A DNA stretch of 64,000 nucleotides from a virus (taxonomy: Duplodnaviria; Caudoviricetes), in IMG/VR virus record IMGVR_UViG_3300042291_000844, positions 160,001 through 224,000 of that record; one strand, 5' to 3'. Below, piece by piece: positions 47,178 to 56,666 of this stretch (the stretch's first letter is position 1; every line of letters begins with the position of its first letter). Below the pieces are notes generated by a model. The model did no database searches and was not told where the DNA came from. It saw nothing but the letters and a program-made list of their open reading frames with translations. Both the position numbers and the translations under genes were made by a program.

Positions 47178-48044
47178 TTAGTTTTCCATATATTCAATAA
47201 TAGAATCTGCTATATATTGATGTTGTAATAGGGTTGGGTGGCCATTTTCAGTATTTGGAAATTCATATTGAATACGTGAGTAAGGAAATGTATTTTCCCA
47301 TTCCTTCCATTTTTTATAATACTTACCATCATATCCTTTTAATGGAATTAAATACTTTTCTATCATTGGATGTGATGCTAATATTTCAGAAGTCAATCCA
47401 TCCCAAGAATCTATTAAATATACATTAGTAGTTTCCAACCATTTTTTTAAATGTTTATCTATAAAAACATCCAAATTTCGTTTAAACATTTCAATGAATA
47501 AATGATATATGTGTTCAATGTTAATTATATGTTGCGTTCCTATAATTGGAATATTTTCATATTTTTCTAACCAATTTAAAAAAAACATATCTCTTTCTGA
47601 TAGTGGAATATTTTCTAATTGTTTATTCATGCACTCTAAATAAAACATAATTGGTCTAATATTTCCATATTTAGTCTTACAAAATTCACAAGGACACTCA
47701 TCATCATAGTGTAAAAGCATTCTATCAAATATTGTAAATTGATATACAACTGCTTTAGGATTTTTATCTAAATTATCAGTAATTAATTCAGCAGGGGCAT
47801 TAAACCCACCACCATTGTAATCTAATGTTATTTGATTACAGTTAAATTTACTAGAAACAATACCAGCAAATCTATTAGATTCTCTAAATATAATACCATC
47901 TAACGTTTGCTTTGGTTCTAATTCATTCCATCCATTTAAATTATGTCTTTCATTAATCCAAAATGGGGTATCTAAATATAATTCTAACCCCTCACCCCAA
48001 GTGAAAGAATCGCCACCAAAAACCATTATATTCTTATTTTCCAT
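47178..48044 (-). CDS. SGNH-like protein (paralog 5)
   Basis: FGGDSFTWGEGLE, GHPTLLQH. Confidence 0.7.
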   Translation of the reverse strand: MENKNIMVFGGDSFTWGEGLELYLDTPFWINERHNLNGWNELEPKQTLDGIIFRESNRFAGIVSSKFNCNQITLDYNGGGFNAPAELITDNLDKNPKAVVYQFTIFDRMLLHYDDECPCEFCKTKYGNIRPIMFYLECMNKQLENIPLSERDMFFLNWLEKYENIPIIGTQHIINIEHIYHLFIEMFKRNLDVFIDKHLKKWLETTNVYLIDSWDGLTSEILASHPMIEKYLIPLKGYDGKYYKKWKEWENTFPYSRIQYEFPNTENGHPTLLQHQYIADSIIEYMEN

Positions 48045-48924
48045 CTAAATGTGTTATTATTGATTTTGCCAAATATTGGTGTTGTAACAGAGTTGGGTGA
48101 CCATTCCATGTTTCTGGAAATTCGTTTATAATTCGTTTATGTGGAAATGTAGTTTCCCATTCCAAATAATTTGTATAATAGGTGTTATCAAACCCCAATA
48201 AAGGAATCATTCTTTTACTAAATTCAGGTAGTTCGTTAATTACATTAGATGAATTTTCATCCCAAGAATCTATGAAATATACTGGTGCTATAGTTTCCCA
48301 TTTAGATACATAGTCTTTCATGAACAAATTTAAATTTCGTATAAACAGTGGTTTAAACCAATTATCAATTTGTTGAAATAAAGTACTATAATCTAAATTT
48401 TTATAAGGAATATTTTCATTTTTTTCCAACCATCTTAAAGCCCAATAATCAGTATCAGTTATAACATCATTATTAATATGTTTATGTATGTATTTGGTAT
48501 AGATATTCCATGGTTTTTCAAATCCTGTTGTAACACAAAATTTACATTTACAATCTTTATCTAAATGTAATGACATTCTTTGAATAGTTGTAAATTGTAA
48601 AATTATACATTTTATTTTATTAGGTCTGAACCCTACATCATTTTGTATATTTCTTTCAATATGTACAATTGGAGTTTCAAACTGACCTCCATTGAATTCA
48701 AAAACCCGCGGGTCAACATTAAAATAATTTGATACTATGGCTGGAAATCGATTTGATTCTCTAAATTTTTGAGATTCATAATCTTGTTTTTGATATAATT
48801 GAGTCCAACCATTTATTTTGGTTCGCTCATCAATCCATTTTGGGGTATCTAAATATAATTCTAGACCTTCACCCCACGTAAAGGAATCTCCACCAAAAAT
48901 GATTACATCATTTGTATTACTCAT
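48034..48924 (-). CDS. SGNH-like protein (paralog 6; tandem duplicate of paralog 5)
   Basis: Shares FGGDSFTWGEGLELYLDTP and NGHPTLLQHQY with 47178..48044. Confidence 0.7.
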   Translation of the reverse strand: MSNTNDVIIFGGDSFTWGEGLELYLDTPKWIDERTKINGWTQLYQKQDYESQKFRESNRFPAIVSNYFNVDPRVFEFNGGQFETPIVHIERNIQNDVGFRPNKIKCIILQFTTIQRMSLHLDKDCKCKFCVTTGFEKPWNIYTKYIHKHINNDVITDTDYWALRWLEKNENIPYKNLDYSTLFQQIDNWFKPLFIRNLNLFMKDYVSKWETIAPVYFIDSWDENSSNVINELPEFSKRMIPLLGFDNTYYTNYLEWETTFPHKRIINEFPETWNGHPTLLQHQYLAKSIITHLDGK

Positions 48925-48945
48925 TTGTAACCAATTTAATTAAAT

Positions 48946-49071
48946 TTATCTACCTTGACCACGATAATTCTTTTCTTTCCTATCGTGTCTATTAGTAGTT
49001 TTAGATGCCTTACCGGATTTTCGTTTTCCGAATGTTACTTTTGATGTAGTTAAGGATTTTCCTTTTGCCAT
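48946..49071 (-). CDS. 41-aa basic peptide ending YRGQGR (not in track)
   Basis: MAKGKSLTTSKVTFGKRKSGKASKTTNRHDRKEKNYRGQGR; TAATG coupling. Confidence 0.7.
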   Translation of the reverse strand: MAKGKSLTTSKVTFGKRKSGKASKTTNRHDRKEKNYRGQGR

Positions 49072-49952
49072 TATTTGATAAACCCTGCGGATTTCAATGC
49101 CCTAGCATTTAATACCCACTGTTTTCCTATTGGGTTGTAAATAGGTTTGCGTAAAAATTGGTCAATAGATGTTTGAATGTTTCGTGCGATGGGTTTATCA
49201 GATGTTACAACCTTTCCGGCTTTTTTATCCTTAAAACTATAAATGTTTTTACTATAATTAGTATTATCAACAATTACAAAATTTCCACCAAACATACCTT
49301 GAAATGCACCTAAATTATTTTGACAATCCTTCCAGATTTTATTTACTAAATCATCGGATAATGTCCTATCTCTTTCTGCATTTCTCTTTAACGCAACCTC
49401 CAGCGAAGTATTTACGAATACCATATAACAATCGTATCCTAAACTTTCTGCATGTTCTTTCTTTTTCTTTATTTTAGTAACCTCATCACCAGTACCATCG
49501 ATAACCATACCCAATCTACCTGCTTCATAAAAAGCTCTTTGTTTATTGGTTAAGTTTTTTGCATGGTTTCTAATTGAGTTTTTATTATCCTCTCCTGCAA
49601 TCATATCCCAAAGTTCAGGATTTTCTTTTTCAATCGTACCTAAATCTTTTGAATTGATTCCGTTATCCTTTAATCCCTTTTCAAATAGACTATCAGAGTT
49701 AACTAATTTTAATCCCCCAGCAGATACTGCTGACATTGTTTTATGCGATACCCCAAAAATCTCATTTGCAATGAAAGATTTACCACTACCTGGTCCACCT
49801 GCCATAAATACACATTTTAGGATGCCGGGGTCATCTACACCTTCAAGTATTAAATGTTCAATAATAGATTCCTTTATGGACATCATTTCAGATTCCATAT
49901 CAAACATATTATCAACTATAACTGCTTCTGCAATTAATTTCTTAATACTCAT
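49071..49952 (-). CDS. Zeta-toxin/AAA_33-like P-loop kinase
   Basis: FMAGGPGSGKS, VNSD, MVIDGTG, VNTSLEVALKRN..R. Confidence 0.8.
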   Translation of the reverse strand: MSIKKLIAEAVIVDNMFDMESEMMSIKESIIEHLILEGVDDPGILKCVFMAGGPGSGKSFIANEIFGVSHKTMSAVSAGGLKLVNSDSLFEKGLKDNGINSKDLGTIEKENPELWDMIAGEDNKNSIRNHAKNLTNKQRAFYEAGRLGMVIDGTGDEVTKIKKKKEHAESLGYDCYMVFVNTSLEVALKRNAERDRTLSDDLVNKIWKDCQNNLGAFQGMFGGNFVIVDNTNYSKNIYSFKDKKAGKVVTSDKPIARNIQTSIDQFLRKPIYNPIGKQWVLNARALKSAGFIK

Positions 49953-49961
49953 AAGTTCTCC

Positions 49962-50222
49962 TTATTTCTTAGTAGCAGTTTTTTTAGCCTTTACTGATTT
50001 AGCAACTGTCTCTACTACATTAATTGCAGTTTCGTTTTGAGTAGCAATTTCTTGTCCTTGTTTAGTTACTTTTTTTGCTTTAGCAATTCCAGTTTTAACT
50101 TTATCAGTTACTTTCTTTGCTTCCGGTGCAATTACTTCCACTTCGTTTACAAATTTTTCAACTGAATTTTCAATCTGTTCTGCTTTAGAGAAAAGATTCT
50201 TAATGAATGCGAATAATCCCAT
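49962..50222 (-). CDS. Ala/Lys-rich hypothetical protein
   Basis: 86 aa, preceded by ATATTTAT. Confidence 0.7.
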   Translation of the reverse strand: MGLFAFIKNLFSKAEQIENSVEKFVNEVEVIAPEAKKVTDKVKTGIAKAKKVTKQGQEIATQNETAINVVETVAKSVKAKKTATKK

Positions 50223-50272
50223 AATTTTTGGTTTTTGGTTTGTTAATAAATATAAATATAAAATTTTAAAAG

Positions 50273-50548
50273 TTATTCTTCACCATATAATGACCATTTT
50301 TTCTCTGGTTCTGGTTGTATAACTCTCTCTTCGGTATCTATAATGTACGTGAATCCTTCTCTAGCATCCATATAGAACTGCGTATTACCGGTCTTTTGGT
50401 AAACATACTCCAATACTTCAGTTAGGGATTGTAGTGTGACTTGAGGGTTGTCAAGAGGTTGCCACCTATCTCCAGGTGGAACTCTCTTAGCAATTTTTGT
50501 TTTAACCTCTTCTTGTATGATTTCTAATTGTTTTCCCATACTATTCAA
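50273..50548 (-). CDS. Hypothetical protein
   Basis: 91 aa ORF. Confidence 0.7.
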   Translation of the reverse strand: MNSMGKQLEIIQEEVKTKIAKRVPPGDRWQPLDNPQVTLQSLTEVLEYVYQKTGNTQFYMDAREGFTYIIDTEERVIQPEPEKKWSLYGEE

Positions 50549-50753
50549 TTACTCTTAGTACTCTACTTTCTTTAGCACCACTTACTTTGTAATCAATTTG
50601 AACACCTGCTTTTTCAAAATCCTTAACAACTCTTGCTTCCGCTTCGGTTACTGATTGTGCATCTACTAAATAAATTTCTTTATTTTTCTTTTCTTTACCA
50701 TTTTTAAGTGTGGCAACCACCACTTCAACTGCAACTTCAAAATACTTGTTCAT
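50541..50753 (-). CDS. DUF4494-family protein
   Basis: YFEV...NGKEKK.KE.YLVDA.S.TEAEAR. Confidence 0.8.
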   Translation of the reverse strand: MNKYFEVAVEVVVATLKNGKEKKNKEIYLVDAQSVTEAEARVVKDFEKAGVQIDYKVSGAKESRVLRVIE

Positions 50754-50786
50754 ACGTTTTTTTGTTTAAATTATTAATTATAAGTC

Positions 50787-50818
50787 CAAAGATACGAAAT
50801 CTTTTTCAATTTTCCAAA
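50787..50818 (-). promoter_or_regulatory. Bacteroidota sigma70-type promoter
   Basis: TTTG-N20-TATCTTTG. Confidence 0.85.
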
Positions 50819-50819
50819 T

Positions 50820-51140
50820 TTATTTTATAGGTTTTTTCCAAGTCATACCATAAAACCCATAATTTATTTGAATAGATTCTTCATCCCCCAATGCTACAGC
50901 TTCTCTTTCATCTCTATAAATTGCATCCACAGGACATTCAGGTACACATGCACCACAATCTATACATTCAGCTGGGTTGATGTATAATTGTTTACCTACC
51001 TTTTCTTCATCAGTTAATGATAAGGCATCTTGTCCTCTATCATCAATTCTAAATGGTCCGTTGATTACATCTACGGGACATACTGTTACACACGCTCCAT
51101 CTATACAACTTATACACGCTTTACCTATTATATAACTCAT
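50820..51140 (-). CDS. Dicluster (7Fe/8Fe) ferredoxin, FdxA-like
   Basis: CISCIDGACVTVCP and INPAECIDCGACVPECP. Confidence 0.93.
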   Translation of the reverse strand: MSYIIGKACISCIDGACVTVCPVDVINGPFRIDDRGQDALSLTDEEKVGKQLYINPAECIDCGACVPECPVDAIYRDEREAVALGDEESIQINYGFYGMTWKKPIK

Positions 51141-51703
51141 TAATATTCGTATTCTTTTTTCGGACCAGTTAAGTTACCATTTAATAAGAATGAACAATTA
51201 AAACATAGCATTCTTAAATTATCATATTTGTGATTACATCTATTACCATCTGCGAAATCTAATACCAATGGAACTTTACCATCAGTAATTCTTTTTTCCT
51301 CAAACCCACAACTATTACATTTTTCTAACATATAACCATTTAGTAGTAATCTTTGTTTTAATTTCCAAATTGGATAATCTGGATATTTACCTGCTACAAT
51401 ATCATCTAATGAAAATTTACCTCTTTTGATATTAAATCCTTTACGAATTCCTTTACCATCGGGATTCTTTAGATTTTCAAAAATACCATATTGTCTTGCG
51501 TATTTTTTATAGGTGTTATATGATATACCTAACACCCTTGCTGCTTCCATTGCAGAACGAGCCTTTGATTGTGCATCTTTGATTTCGGATTCCATTATAG
51601 GTTTAGCACCCAATCCTCTTTTCATTCTCCTACTATTACCAGCCAAAGAAAGATTCTTAGTTGGGTCAAAGTTAGGGAATATCTTTTCCTCATTATTTTC
51701 CAT
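51140..51703 (-). CDS. HTH plus degenerate HNH/Zn-finger protein
   Basis: SAMEAARVLGISYNT HTH; CxxC...LDFADGN..N..NLRMLCFNCS. Confidence 0.7.
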   Translation of the reverse strand: MENNEEKIFPNFDPTKNLSLAGNSRRMKRGLGAKPIMESEIKDAQSKARSAMEAARVLGISYNTYKKYARQYGIFENLKNPDGKGIRKGFNIKRGKFSLDDIVAGKYPDYPIWKLKQRLLLNGYMLEKCNSCGFEEKRITDGKVPLVLDFADGNRCNHKYDNLRMLCFNCSFLLNGNLTGPKKEYEY

Positions 51704-51767
51704 AGTAACTATATTTTATTATAAGTATAGTGTAGAATAATTTTTGTATGAAAATGAGTAAAATATA

Positions 51768-52916
51768 TTATAATAGTATTGTTTTGTGAAATTTATTTAG
51801 CATATCAAAACCTTTATTTGATATTTCATATGCTAATAATGAATTGTGTAATAATCTATTTTTATTTTGATTTCTGAATTCTAAAATATCTAATTCTGAT
51901 ACTCGTTTTAATTCCTTGCACATTTCTTTTAAACGTTGATGTGGATTTACTATATTTTCATATGAGTTATGATTTATAAAATCATCAAATAAATCAAACC
52001 CAAAATTTCTCAATATAGTATTCAATCCTTTTAGTCCATATATCATAGGAAGTTGATAAGCAAGAAATGGTTTTATTGTTTTTTCAGTAAAGGTTATTAA
52101 TCCATATTCAGAATTATCGCCCTTTACTAATCCAGTTACATTTTCCGTAATAAAATTTAAAGGTAAATTATAACTATTATCTATTTTATTTTGAATCCAT
52201 ATTGGTTCACTTGAATCGTAATCTAATATCTTTGGAACTTGTTCTTTTTTTAATATTGTATAATCTGATTCAGTTATATAATTATTTTCTAATAATTCAA
52301 TTAACATTTCATCATATACTTTTTTATTAAATTGATATCCACCTGTTGGATTACTCGTATAAAATAAAAATGATGTGTGGGCGTTATTGATATTATGTTT
52401 TTTCATTTCTAAAAAAAATAATATTCTTTGCATTCTAAGACTTCCATTAAATGACATAAACCCATTTTTCATTTTATTCTCTTGATGATTTTTTTCAACT
52501 TTTATATATGAATCAGATGATGTATTCATGAATCCATAAAACGTCAATTCATGTCCATAAATACATTCATATTTAACATTAACTTTATTTAAATAATTAG
52601 ATAAATCACTATCTACAAATAGATAAAATTTATTAGGAATGGAATCCGTTAGTTCTTTAAAATAATCTAAAAATATTTGTAAGTTACCACTTTCAGTAGT
52701 TATATCAACTACAAATTTAGTAGTATCTTTCGTGTATTTTTTTATATTTTCAAAATTATCCTGCACACCTTCTCTATGTAAATGAATAATATCATATTGA
52801 CCGGTGGCAGTATCAATATCATCATAATCAATATAAAATCGTGCAAATATTCGATTTAGTTGATTGTTTACATCTAATATTCTTATATCTGAATTAGTTA
52901 TCATCTCTAACAACAT
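51768..52916 (-). CDS. Glycosyltransferase-like (GT-B) protein, paralog of 18666..19832
   Basis: FMSFNG, FITEN, TEKTIKPF, GFDLFDD. Confidence 0.5.
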   Translation of the reverse strand: MLLEMITNSDIRILDVNNQLNRIFARFYIDYDDIDTATGQYDIIHLHREGVQDNFENIKKYTKDTTKFVVDITTESGNLQIFLDYFKELTDSIPNKFYLFVDSDLSNYLNKVNVKYECIYGHELTFYGFMNTSSDSYIKVEKNHQENKMKNGFMSFNGSLRMQRILFFLEMKKHNINNAHTSFLFYTSNPTGGYQFNKKVYDEMLIELLENNYITESDYTILKKEQVPKILDYDSSEPIWIQNKIDNSYNLPLNFITENVTGLVKGDNSEYGLITFTEKTIKPFLAYQLPMIYGLKGLNTILRNFGFDLFDDFINHNSYENIVNPHQRLKEMCKELKRVSELDILEFRNQNKNRLLHNSLLAYEISNKGFDMLNKFHKTILL

Positions 52917-53925
52917 CTAATGTTACGCAATGTGGTCCACCACTAAACGTTCTAGCATGTCTCATTTTTACAGGGATTGATTCAATACCCCATTTTTTTA
53001 ATTCCCTCATTAATAATGCTTGGTTTTCTTCAACCATACATAATCTATCATTAATAGGTAATATATTCATACCCAACCACGGGGAAGCAGGACACCAATC
53101 TTCCATTACTTGAGTTGCGTATGGTTCTGGTGCCCAAATTTTATCAAAATCATTTAACATCTGAGGACAGTTTGTCCAATTCACCCTTGATGGGTTAAGC
53201 ATCACTAATCCTTCTCTTAGGAATACAAAAGTTGTATCAATATGAATGTATGCATAAACATTTTCAGCAGTATGAACTTTATATTCATTACCAAATGTTT
53301 CTTTACAATAATTTTCTAACCAAATTGCACCATCTTTATTTCCAGTATTACTTACTAAATATAATAAATCATTATTGTGTTTAATAACGTTTGCTGCATC
53401 AAAGACGGGTTCACCATTTAATAGAGTGGGTATTTTTAAATTATCTCTCTGATAAATAGAATCTAATAATTTTGGTTTAGGTGCTTCCACCCAATGATTC
53501 GGGTCAAATAATCTTTTACAAGTTTCTGCTTCATTTGAACGATGACGGAGTGTCATAGGAGTTGCGATTACTTTATCATTAATAACCAACATTGAATCGC
53601 GAGGACAATAATTATAGTAACCATCCACTTCCCAATCATCGGTCTTAATTGGTTGTGAGAAATCTCTTTCATCTGGTCTATGTACTTTTATACCAAGTGA
53701 TTGTAAAGTTCTTGCTATTTCATTTAAATCCTGCTCGGTTTCCTCCATTATTTTTTCAGGATATGGACCAGAGGGTCTTTTAGCAAATTCTTCATTCGAT
53801 AAATGTGCATAATCTATACTATGTAAACATTTATCACCAATTGTTGGTACTTGTGCACCAATTGGACTACCTACGATGATTTCACGTAATTGACCCCATT
53901 CGTTTCGTACTTGTGGCTTTATCAT
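52894..53925 (-). CDS. Amidinotransferase (glycine/inosamine-phosphate type)
   Basis: NEW..LREIIVG, CPRD, FDAAN, HIDT, GGPHCVTLD.R catalytic Asp/His/Cys. Confidence 0.92.
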   Translation of the reverse strand: MIKPQVRNEWGQLREIIVGSPIGAQVPTIGDKCLHSIDYAHLSNEEFAKRPSGPYPEKIMEETEQDLNEIARTLQSLGIKVHRPDERDFSQPIKTDDWEVDGYYNYCPRDSMLVINDKVIATPMTLRHRSNEAETCKRLFDPNHWVEAPKPKLLDSIYQRDNLKIPTLLNGEPVFDAANVIKHNNDLLYLVSNTGNKDGAIWLENYCKETFGNEYKVHTAENVYAYIHIDTTFVFLREGLVMLNPSRVNWTNCPQMLNDFDKIWAPEPYATQVMEDWCPASPWLGMNILPINDRLCMVEENQALLMRELKKWGIESIPVKMRHARTFSGGPHCVTLDVVRDDN

Positions 53926-54788
53926 ATTATTTTAGTTTTTAGTTTAAAATCTTTTAATTCTTTCCAATTTATATCTATCTTTTCTAAATTAATCAATCCT
54001 AACTCAATTAAAGTATTATAAATAGTCATTGCAACAATTTTATTACTTACATATCCATTATGTAAATCCCCATCAATTCCATCGGTTTCACATTTTATTG
54101 ATAAATTATTATAAGCTGAAAATTGATTAAAATCATTTGATTTTTTAAAATATTCACCATCTCCAAATATAAAGTTTTTACCAATATTTCCTTCAAACAC
54201 ATCACTAACGTAAAAATAATTCAATTGGTGTAGTTTTAAATAACTAGAAAAGAATTCAATATTTTGAAAAAGTAATTTATGTTCCTTTTGTAAATCTAAT
54301 GTATGTTGAAAAAATTCTAAAAACATTGATTTATAGTTTTTTAGATTATTTTCCACTTCAAAGGTTTCATAACCATATGAATTAGCTAAATTAACTTCAT
54401 CTTTAAGTTTACCAGTATTCCAATCAAACCAATAATTTAATACTATATAATCTTGTATTGGGTTAAACCAATATTCGGTTCTACCTAATCCAGCGTATTC
54501 AATTATAAAAATATGTTCATCTTTGTTAAAATCTGGAGTGTTAATTATTTGATAAATTTGTCTGAATGTTCTATCATTTCCATATCCATTTTTAGCATAG
54601 TTAATAACTTTAATATCCTTATTTAATATTTTTTTAAGTTGACCAGGATATGAAAAATTAAATTGAGTTAATGGGGTTTCTAATCCTTCATATAAATTAT
54701 TACGTGGATTTTTATGGCCATCAAATTCAAACCCACCACCTGCGGTGAATGATGTACCAAAACAATTGATATATTTAATTTTTGACAT
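53922..54788 (-). CDS. SGNH-like protein (paralog 7)
   Basis: CFGTSFTAGGG, NYAKNGYGND, DLHNG. Confidence 0.6.
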   Translation of the reverse strand: MSKIKYINCFGTSFTAGGGFEFDGHKNPRNNLYEGLETPLTQFNFSYPGQLKKILNKDIKVINYAKNGYGNDRTFRQIYQIINTPDFNKDEHIFIIEYAGLGRTEYWFNPIQDYIVLNYWFDWNTGKLKDEVNLANSYGYETFEVENNLKNYKSMFLEFFQHTLDLQKEHKLLFQNIEFFSSYLKLHQLNYFYVSDVFEGNIGKNFIFGDGEYFKKSNDFNQFSAYNNLSIKCETDGIDGDLHNGYVSNKIVAMTIYNTLIELGLINLEKIDINWKELKDFKLKTKII

Positions 54789-54999
54789 TGGTTTTTTTCA
54801 ATCCGTATTTAATCCAACGATACCAAATTCTTTCGTGTATATAATATTGGATGGGTTTATAAATCAATTCTGCCACTCCAAATGCAGTTCCAATTTTAAT
54901 TGAACCACTTATCCACCACATCAACAAGAACCCAATTAAGGTACTTAAAATTCGATATGAGATGGTTTTAGCAATGTGTCTTCTTTTATCTACGGTCAT
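54775..54999 (-). CDS. DUF2061 membrane protein
   Basis: RHIAKTISYR...YYIHERIW. Confidence 0.88.
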   Translation of the reverse strand: MTVDKRRHIAKTISYRILSTLIGFLLMWWISGSIKIGTAFGVAELIYKPIQYYIHERIWYRWIKYGLKKTNVKN

Positions 55000-55394
55000 A
55001 ACTTACCATCTGTTTTCAATTGTTCTCTGATAGCAGTTGCAGATATTTCCTTTATCTCATCCGGAGGACAATGTTCTATCACATCATATCCAACTCCTCT
55101 GCCAATATTGATTGATTCAATATCAGGTATGATAATAATTTTAACTTTACCTTCTTGAATTATATCTAATAATTCATGTGTAAGATTTTGTAATACTTCT
55201 AATGGAGTCCACGGGTTTTTCTCATCTGGTTCTACATCTCTAATACAAATTAGAACTTTCTTACCCTCATTCAATCTTTGGTCGATTAACCAACGATGTC
55301 CTGCATGCCAGGGTTGCCATCTACCAATGTACATTGAATACTTTACATCATTTGATGATGATTTAAACGCTGCTTGTGCTAGATACTTTTTCAT
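54996..55394 (-). CDS. HIGH-family nucleotidyltransferase (candidate minimal ATP sulfurylase)
   Basis: GRWQPWHAGH, NP, IGRGVGY, ISATAIR. Confidence 0.8.
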   Translation of the reverse strand: MKKYLAQAAFKSSSNDVKYSMYIGRWQPWHAGHRWLIDQRLNEGKKVLICIRDVEPDEKNPWTPLEVLQNLTHELLDIIQEGKVKIIIIPDIESINIGRGVGYDVIEHCPPDEIKEISATAIREQLKTDGKL

Positions 55395-56185
55395 TGTAAT
55401 TTATTTTTTATTTTATTATATATTTCTACGGCTATCGATTCGTGCCCTTTAATATTTGGATGATAATCATTTGAATCTTTTATAATATCAATTATACGTT
55501 CATTTTTATTTGATACAAATGATGATAACCCATGTTGTTGACCATAATTTACCTTACTATTATTTTTTGTCATAAAGATAGAATTATCAATAATAACAGG
55601 TTCATCATAAATACCCATCCAAAATGGATTTTCAAGATAAATAACCATAAAATTAATTTTTTTGTACAATAATTTATATAATAAATTTACAAATTGTTTA
55701 TCTCTACTAATTAAAAAATCTTTTTCATTAAAATGAGTTTCTAAAAATTTCTCCCACAACTTAAATTCGATTGGTTCTAACTGCATACCATATGTGTAAT
55801 CAGTTGTCATCATTACTGAGTATCCTTCATTCTTTGGGTCTTTCCCATCAGTTGGACCCCAATTAGTTACGATGTATTGATTTCTAGTAGAATCCCATAA
55901 TTCAGTTCTACCCCAACCTGAATACTCTAATATAAGTAATTTATCAGAAACATCTTCATTTTCGATTATTTCTTCAACATTGCGAATTAGGTAATCAATG
56001 CCACTCCCACACTTACCTAAATTTCTAACTATTGTATTTGATATTTTATTTAAATGAGATGGCCAAGATACCTCCGATTGTTTATCGTATATTATATTTT
56101 GTTTTTTATAATATTCTTTTACTAATGGGTCGTATAACCCACCGCCTTCAGTATATGATGTACCAATACAAATAATTTCCTTCAT
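55391..56185 (-). CDS. SGNH-like protein (paralog 8)
   Basis: CIGTSYTEGGG, NLGKCGSG, DYHPN. Confidence 0.65.
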   Translation of the reverse strand: MKEIICIGTSYTEGGGLYDPLVKEYYKKQNIIYDKQSEVSWPSHLNKISNTIVRNLGKCGSGIDYLIRNVEEIIENEDVSDKLLILEYSGWGRTELWDSTRNQYIVTNWGPTDGKDPKNEGYSVMMTTDYTYGMQLEPIEFKLWEKFLETHFNEKDFLISRDKQFVNLLYKLLYKKINFMVIYLENPFWMGIYDEPVIIDNSIFMTKNNSKVNYGQQHGLSSFVSNKNERIIDIIKDSNDYHPNIKGHESIAVEIYNKIKNKLQ

Positions 56186-56195
56186 TATAAATAAA

Positions 56196-56666
56196 TTATA
56201 ATTTATTAATTTTATTGAGATTATTTATTAATTTTGAAAATGAGGTATCCGGTGAATCCTTTGTAGTATTAATATCAATAAAGTTCACTTGTGGTTGTTC
56301 GTAGTTAGAAACGTGAAAATGGTCTCTTTCTCTTGCTTCGGTAGTATGTACAAATATTTCAACAATATCTTTACCGATTTTATCTTTGAATTCTTCTCTT
56401 AAATCTAAATATGGAGCTACTAATGATACTACCACATCACATTCGCATGTATGTAAGTATTCTACTAATGCTTGTGCATTTTTAATATTAGTACGTCTAC
56501 CTTGCTCTGAATAATCTTTATTTTGGTAGATTTCCCTTAGATGGTCACCATCAACATGGAAAACTGATTTTCTCCAATTACGTTTTTCAGTTTGTAAAAA
56601 CTTATGTAACTTACCACCTAAAACTGTCTTTCCTGCTGCAGGTTGACCTGTAAACCAATATATCAT
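56196..56666 (-). CDS. cysC: Adenylyl-sulfate (APS) kinase
   Basis: WFTGQPAAGKT, DGDHLR, DYS..GR..NI, VVSLVAPY, YEQP. Confidence 0.85.
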   Translation of the reverse strand: MIYWFTGQPAAGKTVLGGKLHKFLQTEKRNWRKSVFHVDGDHLREIYQNKDYSEQGRRTNIKNAQALVEYLHTCECDVVVSLVAPYLDLREEFKDKIGKDIVEIFVHTTEARERDHFHVSNYEQPQVNFIDINTTKDSPDTSFSKLINNLNKINKL

